DNA of 64,000 nt, taken from NCBI GenBank assembly GCA_002633005.1, contig NMRA01000051.1, forward strand, positions 973,177 through 1,037,176, written 5' to 3'. This DNA comes from Phoronis australis (Eukaryota > Animalia > Phoronida). Positions 36,301 through 48,300 of this stretch are shown here, in pieces. The translations under genes were made by a program, and so were the position numbers. The notes under the pieces were generated by a model, which was given only the letters and a program-made list of their open reading frames with translations, was not told where the DNA came from and searched no databases. Each line of letters starts with the position of its first letter. Within the stretch, counting starts at the first letter, position 1.

Positions 36301-39300
36301 TAAATAGCGCCCAGGGGGACGCTTTTTGTAGCCTACGGCGGTTAAAACCCGGTCTCCGCTGTGACGTATGTGTAACCTATGACAGGTTTTCTACAAAACT
36401 GTGGTGCATTGCTATCAAACTCTGTTGTTAATCTTTAAAAGAAATGTGCTGAAATCCCAGGGCGAAAACTTGCCGACTGATGCCGGCGTCGCTGCTTCGC
36501 GCCGATAGGACAACTTGAATTCTTGAGTAAAAATAGTTTCGACTCAAATTACCTCAAATCCTCCTTAAGTTTTCCAAATAGCCTTTCCTAAGATTCTTAA
36601 GTTCCTGTGGACTCAGAGTCGGGATTAACCGCAGATTAAGTCAAAATCTGCGCTAGATCGCACCCGGCAACGAGAAAAATCTGGACGAACACACATATGT
36701 TGTTGTCACGTGACGTTTGTATTGAAGTGAGTCAACAGCTGAGGTGTTAAAGTGTTGGTGCAACTCATTGAGCACAAAATGTGAAGCAAAATTAAATCTG
36801 AGTCTGGAGTTGAATGAGTTTGGCTTAATTTTTATCTATTAAGTGCGCATTTATTTGCTGTGATTAAAATCTCCATCAAATTGAATGTACTTCACAGCAT
36901 TATGATTATACCTAAATAATGAGCACTATTAATTTTAGAACATTTTCTTCGCAGTTCATATCAGACTTCAATGGGGAGGACCGCTTCATGACACGGATTG
37001 GTGTGGGTGGGCTTCTGAATGTTGAAAAACTCAAACAAGCTCACATCGTGCTGGATGACATCCATCTTTTTTTGAAACGCAATGCAAAGTTCAAGGTAGA
37101 CGAATCAACAAGCGTGCCCTGTAACGTACAGTGTGATAAACTGTCTGACAGTGACAGTGATTATGATCTTGACCTTGACTCGTTCAATCCCATCCAACCT
37201 GTTGGTTGTAACCATGGCGTTACCATAGTGACGCCCAAGATGTCAGGCATCAATCTTCACCATCTTCAGTGCATGCAGCACGGGTCTACGGTCATACGCT
37301 GTGACGACGAGAAGTCCGCCACGTGTTTTCTGTGTCTTGAAAATGATAACGCGGTAGTGTCATGGACAAGGCCTCAATGGAGTACATGTTCCCGCGGTCT
37401 GTCCATCAATCAGGACTCCAGTGGTCGCAGCGAGCGTAGCAGCCAATCGTATCCCGGTGATGTTAGCTTGCGGTATTTAACCGATGAACTCTGCTGTGAT
37501 GGTCTAGAGGAGGGATTTCTTGACCTGTCCACCGTCAAGGATATCATCCTGGATGAGCACGTGGATTTGTCGGTGATCGGTCGTCGACACAGCTTGGACG
37601 AAACTGTGCACAAGTTTGCAAGTCTCCGTATTATGTATGGTGCCAACATGGCTGACAACCGCACAATCGAGTTTCTTGTGCCGACGTCGCAAGCCTCGTT
37701 CTGGACTGCGGGCCTGCGCTCGTTGGTGCGTGCCATGCACCAATTGAAGATCCAAACTGACCAACGGATGTTGTGGTTGAAACAACAGTACTTGAGTCTG
37801 TTCTATGAGAATGAGGTCTGCCAAGGGCCCACACCAGCTGAGGCTATACGGGTAAGGAATTCAAGTGGACTTATGGGGGGTGAAGGGGAAAACAGCGATT
37901 GAAAAAATTGCAGGTGGTCTGGTTCACATACCAGACATGCTCAGACTGCTCAAGTTGTACCATTTTTATGATGGTTAAAACTGAGCTGAGGAGCTCGAGT
38001 CCTGACTCAAGGGTTTAGTAGTGTGCCTCAATGGGACTCAAATCCACAACCTTGAGTAAAGGAAGTGAATACTTATCTCACTAGGCCACACTGCCTGGGA
38101 GGCCGCATCACTGTTCATGCGCGCAACCAGCCTAAAATATAGGGGGGGCTCGAATTTTTGGTATGCGGACCTTTTACTGAAAGAAATCAATGAGGACTAA
38201 AAAAAACAAAAAATGGGGCCATTAGGTTCAGGCCCACGGACCGTGCACTTGCGCCGACTTCCTGTGGATTTTGTGGACTTATGTCTCATTTGTTCGGACT
38301 TTTTGTTTCCCTGAGGCGGACCTTTTTGCCCGCCCAATTCACCAAATTGGGGGGCTCAACCGAGCCCCCGAGCCCCCCCTGGGTGTTTCCATGCTGTTCA
38401 CGCAGGTAGCATTATCGATTTTATGATTCTCAACATCAGAGGTACATAATCAATTTGACAGATGTGAAAAACGTCAATTTCACATTCATACATGGCAGAA
38501 ATGCTATTTCACTGGTCCAAAAAATCTTCATCCTGCTGTGGCAATCTACGCAAATAATGAAATACTCTACTGCGGTCAAATTTTGAAAAGGGGTCTAAAG
38601 CACTGTGCACTCCAATATTAATCGAACAAAATCCTGACTCAACATCGCCAATTGTTCAGACTGATTTTTGTTTGCATTCTGCTGGTGTGACAAGGAAATT
38701 CTTCTTGCTCTCGGTCTTTGTGATGGCATTATGTCTGACTCATTGGTTGAGCCTGTATTTGGGAAAGTTTTACTGTTACAATAGTTTCTGTGACATACTA
38801 TTGGAGCTAGTATTTGATTGGTCTGCATTGTTTTCCAAAATGCCTGGTGTAAACTGAATGTCAGATTTTGCAGCTGCCAAGTGAAACTTCCTTTTTATGC
38901 GCCCATATGTGGACGCATTATGCCGTCATCCGATGTCCGCTGCTCTATCTCCAAGACCCGTTGATGTATCTTCATGAAATTTTACACGTGTTCCTTTCGT
39001 GAATGGGACGGCATGAGCGAACTTGCAGATGGATCTATCGACCAGTCTGCCCCCTTGTGGCAATTTTAGTTTTTTTCGTTTACCTTAAAATGGCATCCCA
39101 ATGACAGTCTGTCTGTCCCATGTTATTGTTAATTTGCTCAAAATTTCAACAGATATTGCTTTTTATGCGCCCACATATTTATATCTCCAAAACCCTTTGA
39201 CATACGTTCATGAAATTTAGCACATATGTTCCATTCATGAATGGGACGGCATGTGCGAACTTTCGGACGGATCCGACTACCGGTGTGCCCCCTAGTGGCA

Positions 39301-42300
39301 ATTTTAGTTTTTTACGCTTACGTTTGTATCTTCAAAAGTCCTGAACGGATTTTCATGAAATTTGGTATGTAGGCACCTATTAGTGAGATGACGCTATCCT
39401 GCCGTTTTCAGATGGATTCGACATAGTTTGCGCCACCTAGTGGCCATTTTTAGTGTTTTCGAGTCTGTTTTTGTGCGTCCACCCCTCTATCAACCAAACC
39501 GCTCAAAGGATGATTGTGAAAATTGGCATGTATATGCTTACTATGTAGAGGACGGTTGACGATGATTTTCCGACGATTTCGACTACTGTGGCGCCTCCTA
39601 GTGGCAGTTTTGTTTTTTTGCGCCTATGGCTGTATCTCCTAAACCGTTCGCAGGATCTTTACGAAATTGTGTAAGTATATTTATATGATGTTAACAACGG
39701 AAGATGACGACTTTTGGACGGATCCGACTACCGGTGTGCCCCCTAGTGGCAATTTTAATTTTTTTACGCTTACCTTTGTATCTTCACAAGTCCTTATTGG
39801 ATTTTCATGAAATTTGGTATGTAGGCACCTATTAGTGAGATGACGCTATCCTCCCGTTTTCAGATGGATTCGACATAGTTTGCGCCACCTAGTGGCCATT
39901 TTTAGTGTTTTCGAGTCTGTTTTTGTGCGTCCACCCCTCTATCAACCAAACCGCTCAAAGGATGATTGTGAAAATTGGCATGTATATGCTTACTATGTAG
40001 AGGACGGTTGACGATGATTTTCCGACGATTTCGACTACTGTGGCGCCTCCTAGTGGCAGTTTTGTTTTTTTGCGCCTATGGCTGTATCTCCTAAACCGTT
40101 CGCAGGATCTTTACAAATTGTGTAAGTATATTTATATGATGTTAACAACGGAAGATGACGACTTTTGGTCGGATCCGACTACCGGTGTGCCCCCTAGTGG
40201 CAATTTTAGTTTTTTTCGCTTACCTTTGTATCTTCAAAAGTCCTGAACAGATTTTCATGAAATTTGGTATGTAGGCACCTATTAGTGAGATGACGCTATC
40301 CTCCTGTTTTCAGATGGATTCGACGTAGTTTGCGCCACCTAGTGGCCATTTTTACTGTTTTCGAGTCTGTATTTTTGCGTCCACCCCTCTATCAACCAAA
40401 CCGCTCAAAGGATGATTGTGAAAATTGGCGTGTATGTGCTTACTATAAGGAAGACAGCTGACAATGATTTTCAGACGATTTGGACTACTGTGGCGCCTCC
40501 TAGTGGCAGTTTTGTTTTTTTGCGCCCATGGCTGTATCTCCCAAACCGTTTGCAGGATCTTTACTAAATTTAGCAAGTGTATTTATGTGATGTTGACAAC
40601 GGACGATGACGACTTTAGGATGATTCTGATTACCGGTATGCCTCTAGTGGCAATTTTAGTATTTGCCTCTAGTGGCAATTTTAGTATTTTACATTGACCT
40701 CTGTATTTTCATAGGTCTTCAGGTGTATACTTTGTGTTACTTCGTGACTGTGAAGGAAAAGTTCCAAGTAGAAATTTGTTTCTGGCATTCTAATGCTGTG
40801 CTAATCTCGTATGTTGGTAAATTTGTTTTTAATTCTATGTTTCTGTGGTGCTTTAAGCAACTGGTGTATAGGATGTGCTTGTATTATGAAGATTACTCAA
40901 ATTTTGCCCCTAGCCTATTGAGGGTATAATGACCATGCCTTTCCATTTTGCTAAGTACAACATACTACATATATGCCCTCTACTGGCCACTTTATGGTAC
41001 CAATAAACAACCCTAGAAGGATACCGTATGCGGTGCAATTGTGGGCGCATTTCAGCGCTTTGCGTTGCTCTTGTTCGTTTTTTTGCATTCATTTTACAAA
41101 TCTATAAAGCTCAATGCATGTGGCATTTTTCATGTTACTTAGAGAGTCTAAATTAAGGCCAGATGAGGGTTTATTGTGTATGGTGTTGAGGTAATAATCA
41201 ATGGTTAGTAGCTATTATCTGTTAGGTCTTTGTCCAAATGCATCTTTCATTGTTGTGAAAGTGAATGCAATTTCTCAAAAACTTGTGTGATGGTATCTGT
41301 GGTGGAATTTGATTATGAAAATTAAGGAAACATTGTCTTGTGTTTTAGGATGGGTAGTGATGCGTTCATTCTGCGTACAACATGACTAAATGGTATTTTT
41401 GTAATTACTTACTGTTATCAGCAGTTTTTCTATTTGTACAGCTGTCAAGATTTTTTTTATTGTATTTGAAAATCGCAATTATGACTATTAGTCTTGAACA
41501 CAATTTCCATTAATTTTGTACACTTTTGGTCAGTGGTCACTATGCAATTGTCACTTTGTCTTTGCTTTACAGTTGGTTTGCAGATTCCTTATTTAATTTC
41601 ATTTTTTTAAATTTTTAATTTACTTTAATTTTAGTTTAATTTAATTGTTAATTTTAATTTTTATCAGTTGTAAAAGCCATTTGACGACACAGTTTTTCCC
41701 TTACTCAGAATGTGTTTTACACCAATCAGTGTTACCCTGCTGTCATAACTGCCTGTACTGACCTGCTTTGATTCATTAATTGATAATTATTCCTAGACTG
41801 AACCATTGTCACGTCATTAAGACAATTAATACTGATAGTAAGGGATGCAGTATCTGATTATCATTTTGTGTGTTCAAGATTTTCGGTGGAAGAAAGTGGA
41901 CTCAAAACCTAATCAACAATTCAGCTATTGAATCTCAAGGCTCTGTCAGACAGTCATCGTCTTTTGTGTCGGGCGCCACGAAAATGCTAAAGAAAAAGAG
42001 CAGCACTTTACCTATCGCCAAGGTAACCATTGCGTCTCGCTAACTTCTGAAGACATCACACGGCAAAAGCTAACTGGCCTTGTGATTTCGCTTGTAAAAG
42101 AGTCATGTTGTTTCCGGTCTTAAACAAATTTTATGACATAGTTGGCTAGGTCAACGCCTTGGTGAGAATCTATGGGTACTTGACTTTGTTTTCACCAGGT
42201 GATTGACACTAGCAAATTAGGATACTTGCACTTTTATAGCATGGGAAAGATGGAATCTCTCTCTTTTAATTAGTAACCATGCACTTGTAGGGAGCTGAAA

Positions 42301-45300
42301 GAATCCCCCTTTCCTAGAGGTTATTTTCATACTATGATACTTTTGTAGGGGTCGCACTAACCTTACAAAACTTAATTATTGGATTACCATGGAATAAAAC
42401 AAGTTGAACCCTTTTAAACTCTAAGCCTTTATGCGAACTAGTTACCCCCGCCAAGTCCAAAATTAAAAGTGAACCCTTTTGCATGGAATGACATCAAAGA
42501 CGGCTCCCTTTCATAGGAAGTCTGGCTATCATCCACCTGAGCGTCTGGTCCCATGACATGCCTCTCCCCCTCCCAAATGTCTATGAAACATTATATACAA
42601 ACTTGAAGAAACTGTCCTTGCCCCTCATTTTTTTCAAATTTTAGGATGGAAGAAATTAGTTTAAATGATTCTGTTACAACCTAAACAAAGTGTTTAATAT
42701 TAAGATGAAGTTGAGATGGACAATGAATTATTGATATTTTCAAACATATTGTCTGATAAATTTTTGGATTTAAGGCTCAAAAACAAATATTTCATCTATT
42801 GGAAATTCAATAACTGTATTTAAGTTTGAAATTTATTTACAGTTGTTTCAGTAAAGTGATACACTGTGATTATGAACAATGTGTTTTGCTGCAGTTTAGT
42901 CAAGTGCTGTTTTCAAACACTTTGTGTCATGAATTCCCTTATTTGCAAACTACTTCATTCTTATACATTCATTGAACTTGTCTATTAAGTGGCAAAGAGT
43001 ACCCTGTATTTATGAATTTGTGATGCCATAATGCCTGTCTGTTTAGGAACATTCAACCAGATCTATCGCAGACCTCTTTGAGCATAGCACGCCCAAGAGC
43101 AACCGGTCCGAGTCCCCACGTAGTCCGATGCTGCAACGACCCAGCAAAAGCTACCCCACGTTTGGCGGGATCTCTCACGTGAAAAGTCTACGCCAGCACA
43201 GTCTGACAGTCGATTGTGCGGTACGACAGAAGTCGCGATTGCGCCGACTCACGCTGGGTGGGCGCAGCGGCGACAAGCTGAATCCTATTACACATTCCTC
43301 TCGGCTGGAATTCTTAGATTTCGTTGATCTCTACAAATCGTTCAGTCTGCGATGTCGCAAGGATTTGAGAGACCTTTTTCAGCAGCATGCGTTTTCAAAA
43401 ACTGAAGAGGTCTCAGATGATGATCGTGTGGATAGTTCATTTAACCCTGTTACCAAGGAAATGGGTAAGTTTCATTACTGGATTAAGTATTCTTTGAATT
43501 GAGACAAAACCCCAGCTTCACTACAAAACTTACCGAAAACAAGAAAATAAATTTTGTATTAATCTGTAATCGGTGCAGTTTTTGCTCTGTTATTTGTTCA
43601 TCATTTTCAATTTTTATTATTTGTCGGTAAATGTACGTACTACCAACACCAACTCTACCATCACCAACTTTACAACCTCCCACACTAACACCACCAACTT
43701 CACCACCTCCCACACTAACACTACCAACTTTACCACCTCCCACACTAATACCACCAACTTTACAACCTCCCACACTAACACCACCAACTTCACCACCTTC
43801 GACACTAACACCACCAACTTTACCACCTCCCACACTAACACCACCAACTTCACCACCTCTGACACTAACACTTCGGAAGCACGTGCTGTAGTTAAGAATG
43901 ACATCTACAATTACCATGCTCATACTAAACATCAGTTTGTCACCCCCAGGCTTGGTGACAAGGAACTCCTTGATGGACTTTATGCAGGACAACCAGCGCC
44001 AGGTAATCTGTGATGCCATTGCCACCGCCAGTATAGTGTCCAACAGTGCTGGCAGCGGGCAGGAGTCATCACGCGGCCTCGCCACAGTCATGAAATTGGA
44101 CGATGTCCGAGACTTCCTGTTAGAAAACCAGGAAGAACTCAGGACTGATCAACAGATCATTGATCTCATACAGGTTGGTGGGGTGTGATGGTATTAAAGG
44201 ATGCTAGCTGTCACCGCCTTAAGTCTAGGTTTTTAGTCCGTCCTGCAGACTTGCAGGAATGCTGTGTTCATGCTTTTCTATCAAGGGTTGCAACTTAACT
44301 ACTTTCTTGACTCTTTGTTTTTTGAGCTGTTAGTATGATAAGATGTTGAAATAAAATTAGTATCAATTTGCAAACTGTTTTACATACTAATTAAAAAAAT
44401 ACCAATTTTTGGCAGGGAATGAGCTGTTGTGTGACATGTTTTCTCTGCCGATTTTTTCGGAATCTATATTTTAATATAGAAATAATTGTCTCTAGATTTA
44501 TATCTTAATAAACAACCATTTTCGGCAACCCAGCTCTCCTGTTTATATATGAAGTAGGGCTTTACGCACAAGCGGTTTAATGTTCATCACGTGACATATT
44601 TTTGCAAACACTGCTTGTTCTTCAGCAGCTGGTTTGTGACCCGTAGTTTTTCAAAATGTTGTACAGTAGCTACAGCACAGAACTTGCTATCTTAAATGCT
44701 ATGTATTGATGAAAACAATTGTTCCATTAATCCGTTTGTTTTACTCTAAAGTTTTGTGTTTAACAGCATGTGTGTGCACAGGTTTCTAGTATGCAATTTT
44801 TTCAACTCTGTTCTGTTCTGTGTCTCTTGTGGTAAAAGCGTTACAGTTTGAGACAATGCAAAATACATTATTTTGCTCAAGGTCAGAGCTCGTCCCAAAA
44901 TTTGTAAATTAACAGTATTAGCCATTCCAAATTCAAGAATCGCGAGAAAATTGAATTTTGTGTTGGGGACTTTTTTTCCACGATTTTTTCTCAGACTGTT
45001 GAGAAGTATGATGAACTCCAAAACTGCATTTGCCTCTTAACTTCAAAATCAGAAAAATTCAATTTTGGCTTGAATTTCAGTGTCCCAAATTTTAGAAACT
45101 GTTCCAAACTAGAAACTTTTTACTGTTAATAGAGCTATTATGCCATACTTGTAGAGACACGAGACGAGTGCAGAACTGCGCAGGAAGAAGTGTCTGTCGT
45201 TCGAAGGCTTTGCTCGATTCCTTATGGACAAGGATAACTTTGCGTATAAATCTGAGCACAGACAAGCTAAGAACATGAACTATCCGCTAACGTCATACTT

Positions 45301-48300
45301 CATTGCGTCCTCACACAACACTTACCTCACTGGTCATCAGTTTCGCAGCGATTCATCCGTCGAGTTATACAGTCAGGTAAGAGCCGAAGTTCTTGCCTTC
45401 TCCGTGCATTGTGTATGGAGCTCGTCTAGCAGATGAAATACAACAGAAAAGAGGCGCTTTGTCTAATATACAAGCACACTTGAGTGAAGATCAGTTTTTG
45501 TGCCGGGTTGCACAATTCGTTACCATTCTGGGCTCAGATATTCAGCTGGCGTTATACAGATTCTGAACTGTTTTCACCTCGTCTACTGAATCAGTCGAGT
45601 CTTACCTACTATACATGAAATAGAGTTTGTAATTTACTGTAAATTTAGCGCTTGCGCTTTGATTTCTTGAAGGTTGTAAAGTACTGAGTGTAATCATTTT
45701 TTTAAACAGCACATGAAATGCTGTGTCAACTTTTGAATCAAGCATCACCTTATTCAAGAGTTAACCAAGCTGTCAACCTTTGAAATTAATTATCCCTCAG
45801 GTGCTGCTGAGTGGGTGTCGGTGTGTTGAGCTTGACTGTTGGGATGGGGACGATGGTCAACCGGTCATCTACCACGGTCACACACTGACCACTAAAATAC
45901 AGTTCAAGGTAATATTGCCAGTTCTGTCGTGTTAATGTTCAAATTGATTGTAAGTTTACCATCATGATAGTGAAGTCATTCCTAGGTGAGATTTAAATGC
46001 ATCCAACGGAACTTTAGTCAGTCTTAATTCTAGCATCGGTAAACTGGTCTTTCAGTACTGAATTTGGCTTGCATTTAATGTTATTGCTATTTTATGCATC
46101 AGTTGAAATTTAGTCTTTAATTGGACTGGAACATGTTCAGTAATGCTGCCTTGTGCAACTGGGTCACATGATGTTTTTTATTTGTTATGGGTGCCAGCAT
46201 CCTAAAAGGACCAGGGGCACGTTTCGTGAAAAGTGATTCAAGACTTAAGACATAAATCTGTATGTCTTCCACTCCCACTTCACAATTTGTGAAGAAGGTT
46301 TAGCCAAGTAATTAAGATCACATCACAGTATAGAAATAATTAATAGATATGAAATTATCTCAGTAACTAACAGTTATGTGTATGTTCGGCTCAGACTGTA
46401 CTTCTGCTCATTAATCGGTTTTCTAGAATAGTTGTGTGGAGCGTTAGACCAAATTTCTAACTCAAGTCTGACCCCAGCATATGGTTTATAGTCTGTGGTT
46501 TGTTATGCCAGTGTTCTGCATGTGAGGTGTGTCCTTTGAAGCATATTTTGGAAGACTGTTGGTATTGCAGTGTTTGTCTCATCATGCCACAAGTTTCAAG
46601 GAGATTAGTTAAGGGGACATTCAAAAGAAATAACTAATTTATGTTTGACATATGTCTTGAAGATATAAAGTGTGTCACAACCTTTGTATCCAGGGTTGAA
46701 AAGGAGATTGAAAGTTGGTGAAAGGAAGGTCATTTGATACTCGGATAAACAGTGAGGTACAGAATACAGACTGGCTAATTTTTTGAAATTTTAATATAAA
46801 CAACCTCCAGAACGATAGGATGAAAAAGCACTAAGTACTGCTATCTACAATAAATTTTTTCAATACTTGCAGGCTGTTGTTGAAGCCATCAACAAGAGTG
46901 CATTTGTGACTTCACCCTACCCTGTCTTCCTGTCCATAGAGAATCACTGTACACTACAACAGCAACAGAAAATGGCGCAGATATTCAAGGTAGGTACTTG
47001 CATTGCTCTTCTGTTCATTGCAATATGAACGACGTGTACTTGTTTTATAGGGGGATTGGGGGCCAATGCTTTTGGTCAGAATTGTGCTGTTTTCTAACAT
47101 TTAGGTTTAAGAGTGAGATGATTGAAGCAAAGGCAGATTATAACAATTCAAAGCAGATGTAAACCCACCTTTCATCACAAAAATTAACGTTTGATTTTGA
47201 TCTGAGCTGGTCTGTACCTTAGTCAAATTAGAACTGACAGACGAGTTCATTTTTACTTGAGACCAGGTTCTACAAACTGATTTGTCACACCTGTCATTTT
47301 GTGCCCTGAGCATGGTCGCTGGCAGCAACAACTGACAGTTACATTTTCAAGCCCAGAATCCACTTGTCATCTGAGTGAGGATTAAGTTAAGATTATTTTT
47401 AGAGCAGTAAGTGGTCAAAATCAAACAATAGTTTCCTTCACAGAACGCAGGTTCATAGACCTTTATACAACAGTGCCATTCGTCATATGATATTCCTCTT
47501 GCTTAGCAATGTATCAGGTCTGTATATGACAACTTCTGTAGCTGTCCATGAAGCAAAATGTTCATCAGAATTTTTGTTTGCAAGAAAAGCTTGTTAGAAT
47601 GGAATTGCTGTAAATGAAAATGCCAAATTGGTCGACTTGGGAGGAATCTAATCTTTTTTAGAGTAGCATCCTCTAGCTCTGTGTTTCAAAGTGTCCATGG
47701 AGACAAGCTTGTCTTTTTAGAGTAGCCTCGGCTATCCGTGTGTATTTCAGAGTGTCCTGGGTGACAAGCTCGTCACTAATTACATGTTTGAAGATGACTT
47801 CTCTGAGGACCCCCAGTTACCGTCTCCCGAACAGCTCAAGTTCAAGATTCTGATCAAGAATAAGAAACTACGCACAGACTGCCCTAACTCGGCTCTAGTC
47901 AAACACAGGGTGAGTGGACAGTAGCAACATTATGGTACAGTTAATCATTAGTCAAAAATGTCATTGTAGCGCTCGTTTTACCTCTAGCTTCTTTACAGAC
48001 AGTTTGAGAATATGTGCAAGGAATTGTGTGATGCTTCAGTTTCAAAGCTATAGTGTTGTACACTGCAGTTCAATGCGACTCAAGCAGACGGACTGGGGCA
48101 GTCAAACATAAACAAACACAGGCGTAGTCAAACACAAGCATACAATCTGATCATTCTTACTCAGCAATGCACTTAGTAAATCTACATCTGCTCTTTAAAG
48201 GTCAAATTGTCTTGATCAGTAAAAGTCTGCAGGAGTTGTATTTGGCGAGTTGAATCCTGTCGAGATAAGAAACATAGAAATTTGAAACATCATTATGATT

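Noticed and set aside
38020-38098. Possible tRNA gene
   Set aside because: Degenerate B box and no complete cloverleaf or terminator; treated as a SINE head.
43483-44091. Long overlapping ORFs (Gly/Val-rich 202 aa, Thr/Asn-rich 146 aa, Pro-rich 86 aa)
   Set aside because: They come from a stop-free 30-bp minisatellite inside an intron with clear splice sites (43465-43949).
45335-45376. QFRSDSS instead of the usual QLKGESS in the X box, suggesting a dead enzyme
   Set aside because: The catalytic and Ca-binding residues visible here (HN, ELD, second His in YHG, E in SIENH) are intact, and this segment varies among PLCs.
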